This document shows, piece after piece, positions 11,215 through 22,727 of a stretch of DNA of 64,000 bases (position 1 is the first letter of the stretch; the number at the start of each line of letters is the position of its first letter). The notes under the pieces were generated by a model, which did not search any database, had not been told where the DNA came from, and was given only the letters and a program-made list of their open reading frames with translations. This DNA comes from Psammoneis japonica (Eukaryota). The translations under genes were made by a program, and so were the position numbers. The stretch spans positions 124,001 through 188,000 of the forward strand of contig QPGO01000064.1 of NCBI GenBank assembly GCA_008632985.1, read 5' to 3'.

Positions 11215-14200
11215 CTACTTTGATGAACACTGTTCATCGTGTGGTACTCTTCCTCGAGCAGCCACCCCCAACAAGTTTGTTTTTGAAAGATGGAATTCCC
11301 TCGCTCGGCAACAGCAGTGTTTTTGGTTCAGATCCGACTGCAGATTCGGCGGCATCTGCAACAGCGGCAAAACTGTTGGCACACTATTCCAAAAGGGATT
11401 AACTTGAATCGGAGTACAATGTGGAACAGAATGTGGAACGGGGTGTGGTGCAATCGGCACTGGTGGCAGCTGTCTTGGTGGAACGACCTCTTGCAAATTC
11501 GAAGGTTTCACTTTTTTCGCGCGCGGCTCCTCAGACGGCGGCAGTTGTTGAGACTTGGATTTTCTTTTGCATGGATTCTCCACACTTGCCATTGGGTTAG
11601 AACGGGTTGAACATGGGTTTCTTGTGCCACACTTGTTGCACATGCATCTGTCAGATTTTTTTCCGGATGCTGCTGCTGCTGCGCCGGTTGCAGCACTTCT
11701 CGTTTCGAGCTGCTCTCTCACGCGTTCCAATTGCTCCGGGTGAGCTGAAAAATGCCGCTCACCATTGTCTTCTTTTAGTTCTTCGACATTCCCATGCACA
11801 GGATGGGGTGCTCCTGCTTTCTCTGCCAGCTTGTTGATGCAGTCGAGCTTGCTGTGGTTGAGAAAAGTAGGAACGCCTCGAAAGGCGTGCGGAATCTTGG
11901 CGCGCTCGTCAGCCGTCAGTTCGTCTGTTCGGACACGCTCTTGCATTGACATGTTGCATTCACACGTTCCTGCAAGGCACAGTGCATCTATCAGAGAGGA
12001 TCTTGAACCAGTGTTTCCAAAATGCTTGACGACATGGTGATGCTTTTCAAGCTTTGATTCCGTGCCAGTGGTTGTTACAAACGTGTCGAGCTTACACTTG
12101 GACCATTTTGAAGGCTTGACAACTCTGTACAAGTCTTCATGTGGCAGCGGCTCATTGAGTCCACGAGCCGACAATTTTGCGTTTTCAACCGCTGGCTTTG
12201 TATCTTCCGTAAAAAGCGGCTTCCCAGAGTCTGGGTCATGCCGTCCGCCAGCTTCTGCCGCGCCGGGAGACGCAGAGCACTTGTGCCGATCGAACCAAGA
12301 TTCCAGATGCTTGTTCCGTGTTTCGAGTGGGTAAGTCCACCTTCGAATGTGCTTCTTGTAGTTGTTCCACTTCTTGCTGTTCTTGATTTCCTCAATTTCT
12401 TCCGTCGTGTTCTTCTTCCCGCCAAGTTTCCCAAAGATGAGAGCATCAACTACCTTCGCCTCGTCGGATTCATCGTTGCACCGGACGCAATCCTTTAAAT
12501 CACGAACCGCACGACAGCAATCAATGTGAGTGCCTCGTAAAGTCCGAATGATGCGGTTTGTCCAGTGCCAAAGACCAAGCCTGCATGCAATGTCCTGACC
12601 AAAAATTTGCTTCCAAAACTCTTCCTTGTCAGGCCAAGTGTCAGAGCAATGCACTTGAGGTTTGACATTTGGACGCCTCGCAAACTGTTCAGCTGCATGC
12701 GCACAGTCTTTTGTTTCCAATGTTGGCACTGCTGCAGCTGTGCCAATCTCTCCAGTCTCTGTGGCCATGGTGAAGAGTCCCTTGCCGTTGTTGTCTTTGT
12801 AATTCTTTAACTGGTCAAAAGTGTGGTCGGACGCAACACTGATGCGACAACCAATGGATTGCATTTCCCTCGTGTGCCGAATGTTGTCGCTCACTCCGGT
12901 CTCGGTAAGGTTTGATTGCCGGACAAAATCACACACATCTCTCATATTTTGTCCAGTGGGTCCATGGCGACCGACCCAATCCTCGAACACCGACAAACCC
13001 GTCGCATTCCCTCCGCCAGCATCTTTCAACAAAGAACAGTAATTTTCCTCTTTGTCAACAAAAGTCTCGCCTCTTTGTTGATGAAGAAAAGCAGACATGT
13101 CATCACCATTGCCACACTTCTTCACAGCATGGTCCACATGTCGTGACGTTTCGAGCGACAGGTGAAAAGACGGATTCGCGGCTGCGCATCGTAGATCCAC
13201 GGGACAGCTTGTTTGCAGAGGCCTCGGCAGCTTCTTAATTAGCTTGGGATTGTTCGCCTTGCATTTACAGCCACATTTGTTGCACTTATAGAGCATTGAG
13301 CTTGTCCAATCAGCAGTGCCACTGACTTTCAACACTGGAGTCGGTGAACACTCCTTCTTGATGTCAAACTGCTGATGCATCATCTCGCCGTCATCACATC
13401 CATCGACACATGGCAATGATGTGCCAATGAAGTTCAATTCCCAGCAGAGCAAATGGATTGTAACGCCTTCAATCTCACTGTAGAGGTTGTCGGGAGTTTT
13501 GGTTGTGTCATCACGTGGCACTGCAAATGACATGGCACCGGAAGGAAAATTCTTCTGATGCCATTTAAGTTTCTTGGCATTCACCTCTCCGCCCATGATC
13601 TCATTCGAGTCCGCATGAAACCGAGATGGACACAAGTCCAGAAGGTACAAAATCAAAGCCTGAATGGGTGCAGGACAAGGAATCTTCTTTTTTTTACATG
13701 TTTCAATTCGTTTCCGAATCTCTCTCTTGAGCACCTCTCTAGAGAGAGGATCTTCTTCAACAACATTGCCAGAATGCTCCATGCTATTCGACGTGACGGT
13801 GCTGATGGTAGCAGCAGTAGCGTTGGCAGCAGCGTTGGCAGTAGCGTTGGCAGTGGCAGTCGGCGACGAGACGGTCGTTGCAGATGGCTTGTTGTTTTTT
13901 GAAGCCCTGGTGCCATTGTGGAACAGTGCCTCCACACCTTCCTTAGTTGGGGCCTGATAACCCGGTAGCTTTTTTGCGTTCTTTCTTGCGTTACTAGCAA
14001 TGAAGCGATGGACAGCCGCGTTTCGCTCGGCACTCATGTTCTTTCCACAGCAGATGGATTTTGGGCAGCTCGTGTCATGACCCTTTTTGTAGGAGGGCCC
14101 TTGTTTGCACCTTTTGCACTCAACAACCTTTTCTTGAGTAGTATGACTGTTTGGTAGAGTCAGAATTTGCGATTCTGCCTCCGCCGCCGGTGATGTTGTA

Positions 14201-14337
14201 AACCGAGGCGCATTTTTCCCCGACAACTTAGCGATTCCAGAAAAAGCTCGCTCCTTTGCTTTTTTCGTGGCTGCCTTTCGAGTCTGAGACTGAATGCCCA
14301 TGGTGCTGGGAAGCTTATGGGAGAAATACTTCTCCAT
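11215..14337 (-). mobile_element. Putative DNA transposase, DUF6729-associated/RNase H-like type, partially hypermutated
   Basis: Intronless 1040-aa ORF with CxxC clusters and the motif series SDHTF, TETGEI, (YY>HC)SDTWP, RLGLWHWTNR, GTESKLEKHH. From memory this resembles DUF6729-containing transposase-like proteins. TpA-poor. No TIRs found. Confidence 0.6.
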
Positions 14338-14907
14338 TCTGCTGCAATTCCTTCTCTCAGAACTCTCTTGTACAGGTCGGTACTGATGATGAGTGAGATG
14401 AAAAAAGACGGGAGGAGTTTGAATTTTGTGTGTGGTGTCTTTGTCAGAGCGCCAGTGCTCAGACTGTGGCGCATCCGTCTGAGATGGATGAACCGAGGTG
14501 GCTGTGTCTGTGTTGCATTGATCGTTAAGTAATGATGATGTGTATTCTTTCAGAAAGCCCTAAGTATTGCAACGTGTATTCTTAGAATGAAGCGTTCTGA
14601 TTGGTCCAATCTTCCATCGGTAGGGGGCTTTCGTCGAGCAGCAGCGTCAGTCTCAACAGCCAACTCAATAATTCCGGAAGATGATTTGCTCTGGACGGTA
14701 CGCCAGAAAAGTTAAGGTAAGATATTCGTAAGGCTTGGACTACGATGGTGCAGGTGTTTTCTATTATTTTAGACTCTAGTTTTAGAACTACTTTGTTTCT
14801 CATGACAAACCTGCTGTACCTAGAGGAGTGCTCGTGGTCATGTTTGTTGCAAATTGATACGCTCCTGCGACTACTTTTTCACAGTCCAGGAAAATCTTTC
14901 TACTTTC

Positions 14908-16087
14908 TTAATCATCATCTAAGAATGACAAGACATCATTGCGCCATAATCTCGGTTGCTCCATCGGCACAGCATGACCGGCATTCTCAAAGAAGTTCAT
15001 CTGCTGGTCATCCCATCCCAGGAAACCAAGGAGAGCTTCGGCCTCGATTGTGGGAGCCATGGAATCTAGCTCTCCCACAACCAATCTTCCACATACGTTA
15101 TTCCGTCTTTTTATTCTTTCCGCCATACTTGTCGTACTCCATGGATCCGAGGACGAGGTTGGAGATGTTTGTTCCAACAAGTTTCGTAAGCCTCTTGCTG
15201 TATTGGAATCTTGAATGTGTCGCACCCACATGGCTAGTCGTTCTTGGTTGGCGTGTAAAAAGTTTGGACTATAAGTAGACATCAATGCCGACCATGCAAA
15301 ACCTTGAGTATTCTCATGCCTCAACAAGTCTCTCCAGGATTCCATGGCGACTTGTCCGAGGGGCGATCGCTCTGCCGCAACTCCTGTCAGGTGCAATTTG
15401 TCGATATTAATTGAAGAGCAGCTTGAAGCCGCTGCCATGGCGACCCTACCACCCAACGAAAACCCGACAATGTCGACTGAATCGCGAGTTGGAAAAACCT
15501 CCTGGATTGTATCACGAAGTCGTTCAGCTTGAGCAGGCAAGGTAATGTTTTCATAGAGCTGAGAAAGTGTATCGACAAAACAAACAGAAAGGCCGAGGAA
15601 AAATGAGATAATCTTGCTTGTTGTGCTTGTCCTCACCAATGTTCAGTTCAGACTATCGTACCAAGTCGATATCGTTGGTATCTGGCGGCTTGGGTCCTTG
15701 CCCTGCGCACTCATAAATTAGCAAATCTCGGTTCCTCGAGAGACCAGATACATGATGCTCCCATGATGCAATTGTTTGAGCCATTCCCCCCAACAGTACG
15801 ATAGGATTCTTTTTGGAAGATGCCTCGCTTGATGGATGGAATCGCACTCGTTGATTACCTACATACACTGGAGAGCCAGGTGAGATTTGCGGTTTCTGCG
15901 ATAGCGCGTCACAGCACGGCGTAATGAGAAAGTAGGTGAAAGCAAACAGACATGCAAGAAGAATTTGGATTTCAATAAGACTCGTCCTGCCCTTGGAATG
16001 AAATGCATGTGAGCTCATGCCTCTGGCCGTGGTATCTGCTGTCATCGTTGGAAAGCTCGTGCTCCTGACTATTTGACGCATTTGCAT
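14908..16087 (-). CDS. Alpha/beta hydrolase (2 exons)
   Basis: IVLLGGM oxyanion region, GFSLGG nucleophile elbow, GELD acid and AGH His. GT-AG intron at about 15661-15560. Hydrophobic N-terminal segment. Confidence 0.85.
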
Positions 16088-16407
16088 TGAGACATGCTAT
16101 CCTATCTCTCGCCCCAAATTATTGGGGCTTGGCCATTTTTGAGACAAAAGACACAAAAGAAAGAAGGCGTTGTTTTTGTTGGGGTGATGGGTTGAAAAAC
16201 AAAAAATGAGTGCGATTTCCGCCAAAATTTCAAATTTGGCATTTTTTCTTTTCCTTCCCTGAGAAAAAAAAGCAACGGATGGACACCCACGCTTAACGGA
16301 ACCTCGCGGAGGTTCACTCTTATCTCTTCTTTTCGTTCGCTTTTTTCGTTATGATGATGCTCATGGTGAATTTCAGAATCGTTGTCGTTTTTGTTGTGAG
16401 CTTGAGC

Positions 16408-17650
16408 ATGTCGGATGAAACTCTCTATTCGGGTGCTCAGCAACGCATTCTTGGAATCATTCCCTGCATTTCGGCACCGCCGTCTCTGCTTGGCTCGTTG
16501 ACAATTCTGTTTGTCATGTTCAGGGAAAAAAAGTTTGGACCACTCTGATGCATCATGATTGGCTTGTCCTCCATGGATGTTCTCAATGCCTTTGGTCTCA
16601 TCATGTTTGGGTCTTGGGCCATTCTGGCAGAGAGCGCATTGGCCCACAATGCAAGTGGAAACACTGCCACGTGTTCTGCATTGGAGCTCGTTCTTCACCT
16701 CTTGGGAGGGAACTTTGTGCAAACAGCATGCCTGTGTGTTCACTTTCTCTTGTCAATTTGGTGTGAAGTCAGTGATGAGGTCATTGCACGCTGTTTTGAA
16801 CTGTGCTTAGATTCACTCTGTGTCATTTGGGTTCTTGGAACGGGCATTGGTGGAGCTGTTTTGCGGGGCTCATGAACCCTCTGCCAATTCCATCAGGATG
16901 GCGTTGGCTCAAAGACCACCCGCCCAGCTGCTCTGGCAATGACACTGTGCCTTGTTTGAGGGGTGAGAACTTCAAGCTTCCTGATCAGATTGCAATGGGT
17001 GCTGCCTGCCTGTCGTCTTTTGTCATGGTTTGTGTTTGCACGGTGCTCATCTTTCTCAAAGTCCGATCAACAGAATGAAGGATGTGTTCTTGCAGTCACC
17101 CGGCAATGCAACACATGCAGCTGACAAGAGAGGCTGGAAAGAAAGCATTGTCTTACATTTGCTGCTTTTTAGCCAGCTGCCTCTTTCTCTTGATCATTGC
17201 CATGATGGACATTGAGGAGTCGGCGAAGAATGCAAAGTTTGCTTTCCCATTGCAGTGGTGACCAAAACTCTTGCCCCTCTTCAAGGATTCTCCAATTCCC
17301 TCATCTTTGTCATGCCAAGATGGAAGGAGCTGTTTTGTGAGGGTGGCGGAGCTTTGCATTTCATGTCACATCAAAAGCGCACAAAAGATGCAGCTGAGAT
17401 GACATTGCAGAATTGTGAGGACCCCACTGGCCCAGTTGTGAGAGATTGGAAAGATTCACAAGAGGGTGAGGCAACAGTGGGAATGACACGTGGACAAATG
17501 TTGGATGCCAAGGCAACCAAAACAAGGTTGCAGAGTTGTGAGGACCCCCCTGAATCAGCTGTGAGAGTTGAAAGGCCACAAAAAGGCAACACAGAACCAA
17601 GTGCACTGTGTGATGTTGTGCACAGATCTGTTGAGCAACCCAATGGCTGA
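16408..17650 (+). pseudogene. 7-TM GPCR-like gene (diatom expanded family), decayed
   Basis: Reads ISAPPSLLGSLTIL, IGLSSMD, ASGNTATCSA, NP..GW.W..(Y>H)PPSC..CLRG, LAPLQGFSNSLIF across stops and frameshifts. Tyr nearly absent. Confidence 0.75.
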
Positions 17651-20600
17651 TGGTCCACCTCCTTTGATTGAGTCCAGGTGATGAGGACAGATGCAGACTT
17701 TTGCTGGCACCAGCTCTGGGTGATGCATGTGGGGGCGGGCAATTTGTCAATGGCCCATTTTGCACTCAGCACATTCAACTTTTTCAATTTTTGATTTCAT
17801 GGCTGACAGCCACGACTCATTGGGAAGGTGTCTTTTTCCACATGAAAAATGTGTGCACACACAACTTCTTTCATTTTTTGGATCTTCCATTTGTTCTCTC
17901 TGCTCAAGCAGTGGTCATTTTTGCTGAAGTCAAATTGCACTCAACTGCCCCACTCACCAGTGTGTCAATTTCTGCTGAGCGTGCCAAAAACATCTCTTCT
18001 TTGCCCATTTCCCTGCTCATCACTTTGCACCCCAGCTGGCTGCCTTGCAGATTGTGCTGAGCCATGTCCTGGAAAAGAAAGTTTCCCAGAGTTGGCAATC
18101 AACACAAGTCAGGATGCCCTGCCAGCCTGGTCAGAAACCGTGCTGTTGCCAGAAGACAGAATGACCAACCAAATCTCAGCAAAGGGTGCCACTGGGAAAG
18201 GACAAGCAGCAAAGAAGAGCGGCGCTCTTGCATCCACCAGCAGCCTCAGCTCTTCCAACACCAAGCCCTGCACAGCAAGGGTGGCTGTCAACAAGATTGA
18301 GCTGCCTTGCACTTTTGGTCAGTTGGTGCACACCACACATGGCAGGAAGTTGCAGCCCCTCCTGGCACACCTTGTGAAGAAACCACCAGAAAGCCACACT
18401 TCATTGGCACTTGTCCTGTTGCCTGTGACAAGCTTTGTTGAGTCTGGCCAAGACAAAGTGCCAACCAAAAAGGCAGCTTTTTTGAAGCATTTGTGCCAGG
18501 TCTCTCAAAAGTCAAGCCCTCTTTCTTAACCTCCTCTCTTTGAGCCAGTGCTTTGGGTGTCCAGCAGCACCTCTGCAAAAGCCACCGGCACTCTTTTCAT
18601 TGCTTGCTCTTGCTTCCAGCACCACCAGCCTCAGTTGCTGCAGCACACCATGGGCTGTGCACAGCAAGGCTGTGCTGGTGTTGACAAGACCAAGTCTGTG
18701 TCAACAAGCTTGGCTGATTTGGCGCTGAAGTGCTGAAAGCTTTGGCATTTCCAAGTGAGCGCACACTTTGTCAAAAATCCACTGGCCACACTTTGTTGAT
18801 GCCACCTGTTGCCTGTGCAAGGCAGGCTTTGCTGGGTCCAACCACCAGGGCAAAGCACCAGTTAAAACAAAAGCTCTCAACAAAGCCTGGCCACCGGTCC
18901 ATCTCAGAGGTCATCCCTGACCTTTGTGCTTGTTGCCTTGGCACTCAAGATGCAGCTGCCACAGCTGCTTTGTGTCCAAGGGTGTTGTTGGAGTGCAAAC
19001 CTTCCAAATGCTTCTCATGTGCAAAGTGCAAAGCCCAAACCACAAAAGGTCTCAAGCTCTTGCAGAGTCGGTGGTGTGGAGGGCAAATCTGCTTCTGAGC
19101 TTGGTTGGGGGCACCCAAAAGGTGGCATGCATCAAAACAAGTCACATGGCCACTTGGGTTGCAAAGCAGGCTGAGCTGTTTGCCATGGCTTTTGTGAGAC
19201 CTTTGATGCCCCCAAGTGCAGCAGCTGCTGCATTGCTGGCTGACACTTTCTCAGAGATGCTGCAACAAGCAAGTGTGCCAAACCCACCAGCCAAAGCTGC
19301 ATGGGTGCAAGATGCCCCCCAAGCGAGTGCCCAAAAGTTGGCAACAACTTTTCTGCACAGCAGCGGGCCAACCAAGCAAAAAGCACAGAGACACCAGCTC
19401 ATGAGGAAACTCTTCTCCCAAAGGCAAGAAGAGCAGAGCAGCCCTGCTGCACACTTTCCTTGCTTGCCAGCTGGAGCAGCAGCAGCAGCCCTGCAACACA
19501 CTTTCTCACTTGCCAGATGGCTTGCCTCCTCTGCTTTGTTTTGCAACACTCACTTTGGTTTTGCTGCAAGGACAAAGAGAAGTTGCAGTTTCTCTCTCAA
19601 AGCTTTTTGCTCAAGAATGAGCACACATCAGATTGAGCATGATGAGGGTTGTGCGCCCCCAGCTGAAGCCTGGATTGAGTCAAGCAACAAGCTGCTCTTC
19701 TTCCATCAACTTTTTTGCTGCAGAAGAGGAGGCTCATTTTGATGGGCAAGCTTGGCTGACAGCAGCAAAACCTTGAGGAGTTGAGACAATCTCAAGCTCT
19801 TCATTGTCCCACTCAGTTTTCTGAGACCAGAGCTCACCTTGCTGAGGTTGCAGCTTTGCTCACAGCTTGAGCTTTGGCTTTTGCTCTTCCATTCATGCTG
19901 AGACCAACGAAACAGATCAAATGGAGCCCCGACAAAAAAAAGGCAAACAGCCACAGAGTGCTTTGGCACTGGGGCAACACTTGCACACTGTCCACAGCTG
20001 AAGTCAACAAAGAATTTTGCACTCTGGCACAGCTGACAAATGCCCTCTGGAGGCTGTGGCAGGGATCAATGTTGCATGGTGTGACCTTCCTTGTTGGCAC
20101 ACCGCCATTCTCTGGCAGCTCCAGCCACAAGCAACAAGGCCTCCAACCCCTCTCTCAACATTTGGCACATCCTGGTGCATCAAACAGGTCAAGCCAGCAA
20201 CCAAAGATGATGCACAGATGAGCAGCACTGGTGTTTCCAGGGCAAAACACCAAGTGCAACAGATTGACCACACACAGGAGTTGTGCAGCATGGTCCTGTG
20301 ACCACACAGAAAAGCTGGCTGATGTGCCCAAACTGTGAGCCAGCACTGAGTTGAACATCTCACCATGTGATCCTCAGTCTGTGGGCTCCCAAGTTGGCTG
20401 TCACATTTCCTGTTGTGATGAAATGAAGTCCTCTCTGCATGAGGCAGCTGAGAAATGAGCATTTTGGCCATCAGCTGGAACAACAAATGCCCCAAAAAAG
20501 ACAAGCTCTGGCAGATGAAGACAAAAGTGTCTGGTGCTGAAAACTGCACCAAAAATTGCACTTGATGAGTTGTGTGTTTCACCTTGAGCTGGAGCCGACC

Positions 20601-21200
20601 AGCTGGCAAAAGAAAAAATCTCGAGGGGTGCCGAGTTGTGCTGTTTTGTCGGGGTGTTGCTTGCTTTGCACACACACGGACACAGGGGGACTCTGGCACA
20701 GCACAAAATGTGGCAGTGCTCTTTGTCTTGTGTGCAGCCTGGGCACTTGGCATTGGCCACCTCTGTGCACAACATGGGATGGCAGGGGGGACAGCTTTGT
20801 GGCTTCTTCTGTGACAAGAACATGTACCACAACATGTGTCACAATGTGAGAGAGCAGCTGTAGCTGGCTCTCCCTTCTTCTTGGAAACAAGCATTGGCGC
20901 TGGTGAGCCACCTCTGGATGATCATCAATCTTGGATGTCGGCGGTCGTTTTGTGGAGTGCAACATGGTGCAGTAAACGACAAACAGGTCGTGCGTTCTTC
21001 CATTGTCCGTTCATCGTTCTTCGTGGCGCGGCGGCCGCGACACGGCCGCGAGAAGCGTTTGTAGGCGAGAGGAAACAACACATCCCCGAAACCTAACCGA
21101 CGGACAAGGTAACAACAGGATCGTGTGGGATCAACTTCAATGCACACGTAGCTTCTACAGCGTGTCTGGTACTCGGGTTGGATCGCGAGAAAAAACTGCA
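17650..21200. other. Heavily TpA- and CpG-depleted relic block
   Basis: About 3 kb with only a few TpA and few CpG. Fragmentary ORFs of unrecognised origin. Confidence 0.85.
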
Positions 21201-21245
21201 ACATCACACGCCAATCTTGTTGTTGTGTGACGATAATACGAGACA

Positions 21246-22121
21246 ATGAAGTTCCTTGTTGCGGCTCTTTTGGCTGGTTCGGCGGCTTCCTTTGCACCGA
21301 ACCATGCTTCCTCTTCCTATGTTACTCCGTTGCAAGAAACCAAGGCTGATTTGGAAGCTCTTGCCGGAAAATTGAACCCGGTAGTCAAGTTCTTTGACCC
21401 TCTTGGTTTGTCCGAGGCCAACTTGTGGAACAGCCCTGAGGACGCCACCATTGGTTTCTTGAGAGAGTCTGAGATCAAGCATGGACGAATTGCCATGTTT
21501 GCGTTTGTCGGATACATTGTCCACGCCAACGGTATTACTTGGCCATGGCCCATGCAATTGGATGGTACTCCGTTCCCCCAGGTTGACAGCGCCCCCGAGG
21601 CTTGGGACGCCATTCCTGATATTGCTAAGCTCCAGATCTTTGCTTTTGTTGGATTCCTTGAATACGTAAGTACAAAAAGGGTGCGATTGACTTGCTTGGT
21701 CTCTGCAGCGAGATTTCTCGACTATTGAATGGACTGGATGAATGCCTTAATCTGTCTCACCTTCGTCATTTTTCTACTATGGTATCTGTGTTATTCAGTG
21801 GCGCGAGTCTGCCTGTGATAAGCACTACATGCTTGGTGGAACCCCCGGTGATTTCCCTGACTTCAACGACAAGTACATTCCGGGCGGTGCTTTGAATCTT
21901 TTGACCCCTTCAAGTTCTCCAAGAACAGGTCGGAGGAACAGAAGGCTAATGGACTTATCAAGGAGATCAACAACGGACGCCTTGCTATGCTCGGCATCTT
22001 TGGTTTCCTCTGCGAAGCCAAGATCCCCGGGTCTGTCCCAGCTCTTTCGGGTGTCATCCCTCCCTATGACGGTGAATTCATGGCTCCCCTCTCCAAGTCC
22101 ATCCTTATGACTTTGCCTTAA
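21246..22121 (+). CDS. Fucoxanthin-chlorophyll light-harvesting protein (LHC; possibly Lhcq subfamily)
   Basis: Signal peptide plus ASFAP plastid motif, FFDPLGL, ESEIKHGRIAM and KEINNGRLAM. Intron about 21666-21799. One-base frameshift in a T-run near 21900. Confidence 0.93.
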
Positions 22122-22727
22122 GCTATAACATGGGTTTGTCTGAGAAAAATTTAGATCGAAGGAATAGTTATTTCTTAGAATCATCTTGCATCTTTTCACA
22201 TACACCTTTCGAGCTGCTACCGAGTTACGAACGCAAAGCCAAGCCGTTGTGATGCTCTAATTATCATGCTGCACAGTTTTGTGTGCTATTTGAGCTACGC
22301 AACACCGCAACCTTCACGACTCTCACTTGCTTTGCTGTTGATTCCTTCATCTACATAGAGTCTCCTTCATTTCCTTGTCCCTGTTGCCTCATCGGGGTGT
22401 CGCTGTTTCTACTTTCTACCGGAACAGTAGGGTTCCTAGCCTTATGCTGTGATCGGGAATTTGTTTTGATTCACATATAATATACAATAGCGTCACGTAT
22501 ATATATACGTTAGTAGCAGGTAGCATGGTGGATAAAGGGGTTAAGACATTTTCAATGTCATTTATTTCAAACATATTCGTTTTCATACATATGTAATACT
22601 CAGGATGTCCGCGATGCCTCGACACAAAACATTATTTTTTTTGGAATTTTTTCGTCTCAAAAGAACACAACCAAGCAATAACACATCACCTGTACGGTAC
22701 GAGCAGTGCTGACGAGATTACCAAGCA

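Noticed and set aside
13800..13862. Short tandem repeat gcagtagcgttg
   Set aside because: It is a coding low-complexity ATANA tract, not a CRISPR or regulatory array.
10899..14900. Terminal inverted repeats or Helitron ends for the transposase-like element
   Set aside because: No convincing inverted match or TSD found by eye, and the left side is next to a gap.
17650..21200. Numerous overlapping Cys/His/Gln-rich ORFs (also at 7-8.6 kb and 43-51 kb) as novel metal-binding proteins
   Set aside because: They are expected by-products of TAA/TAG depletion and CA/TG enrichment, and show no coherent domains.
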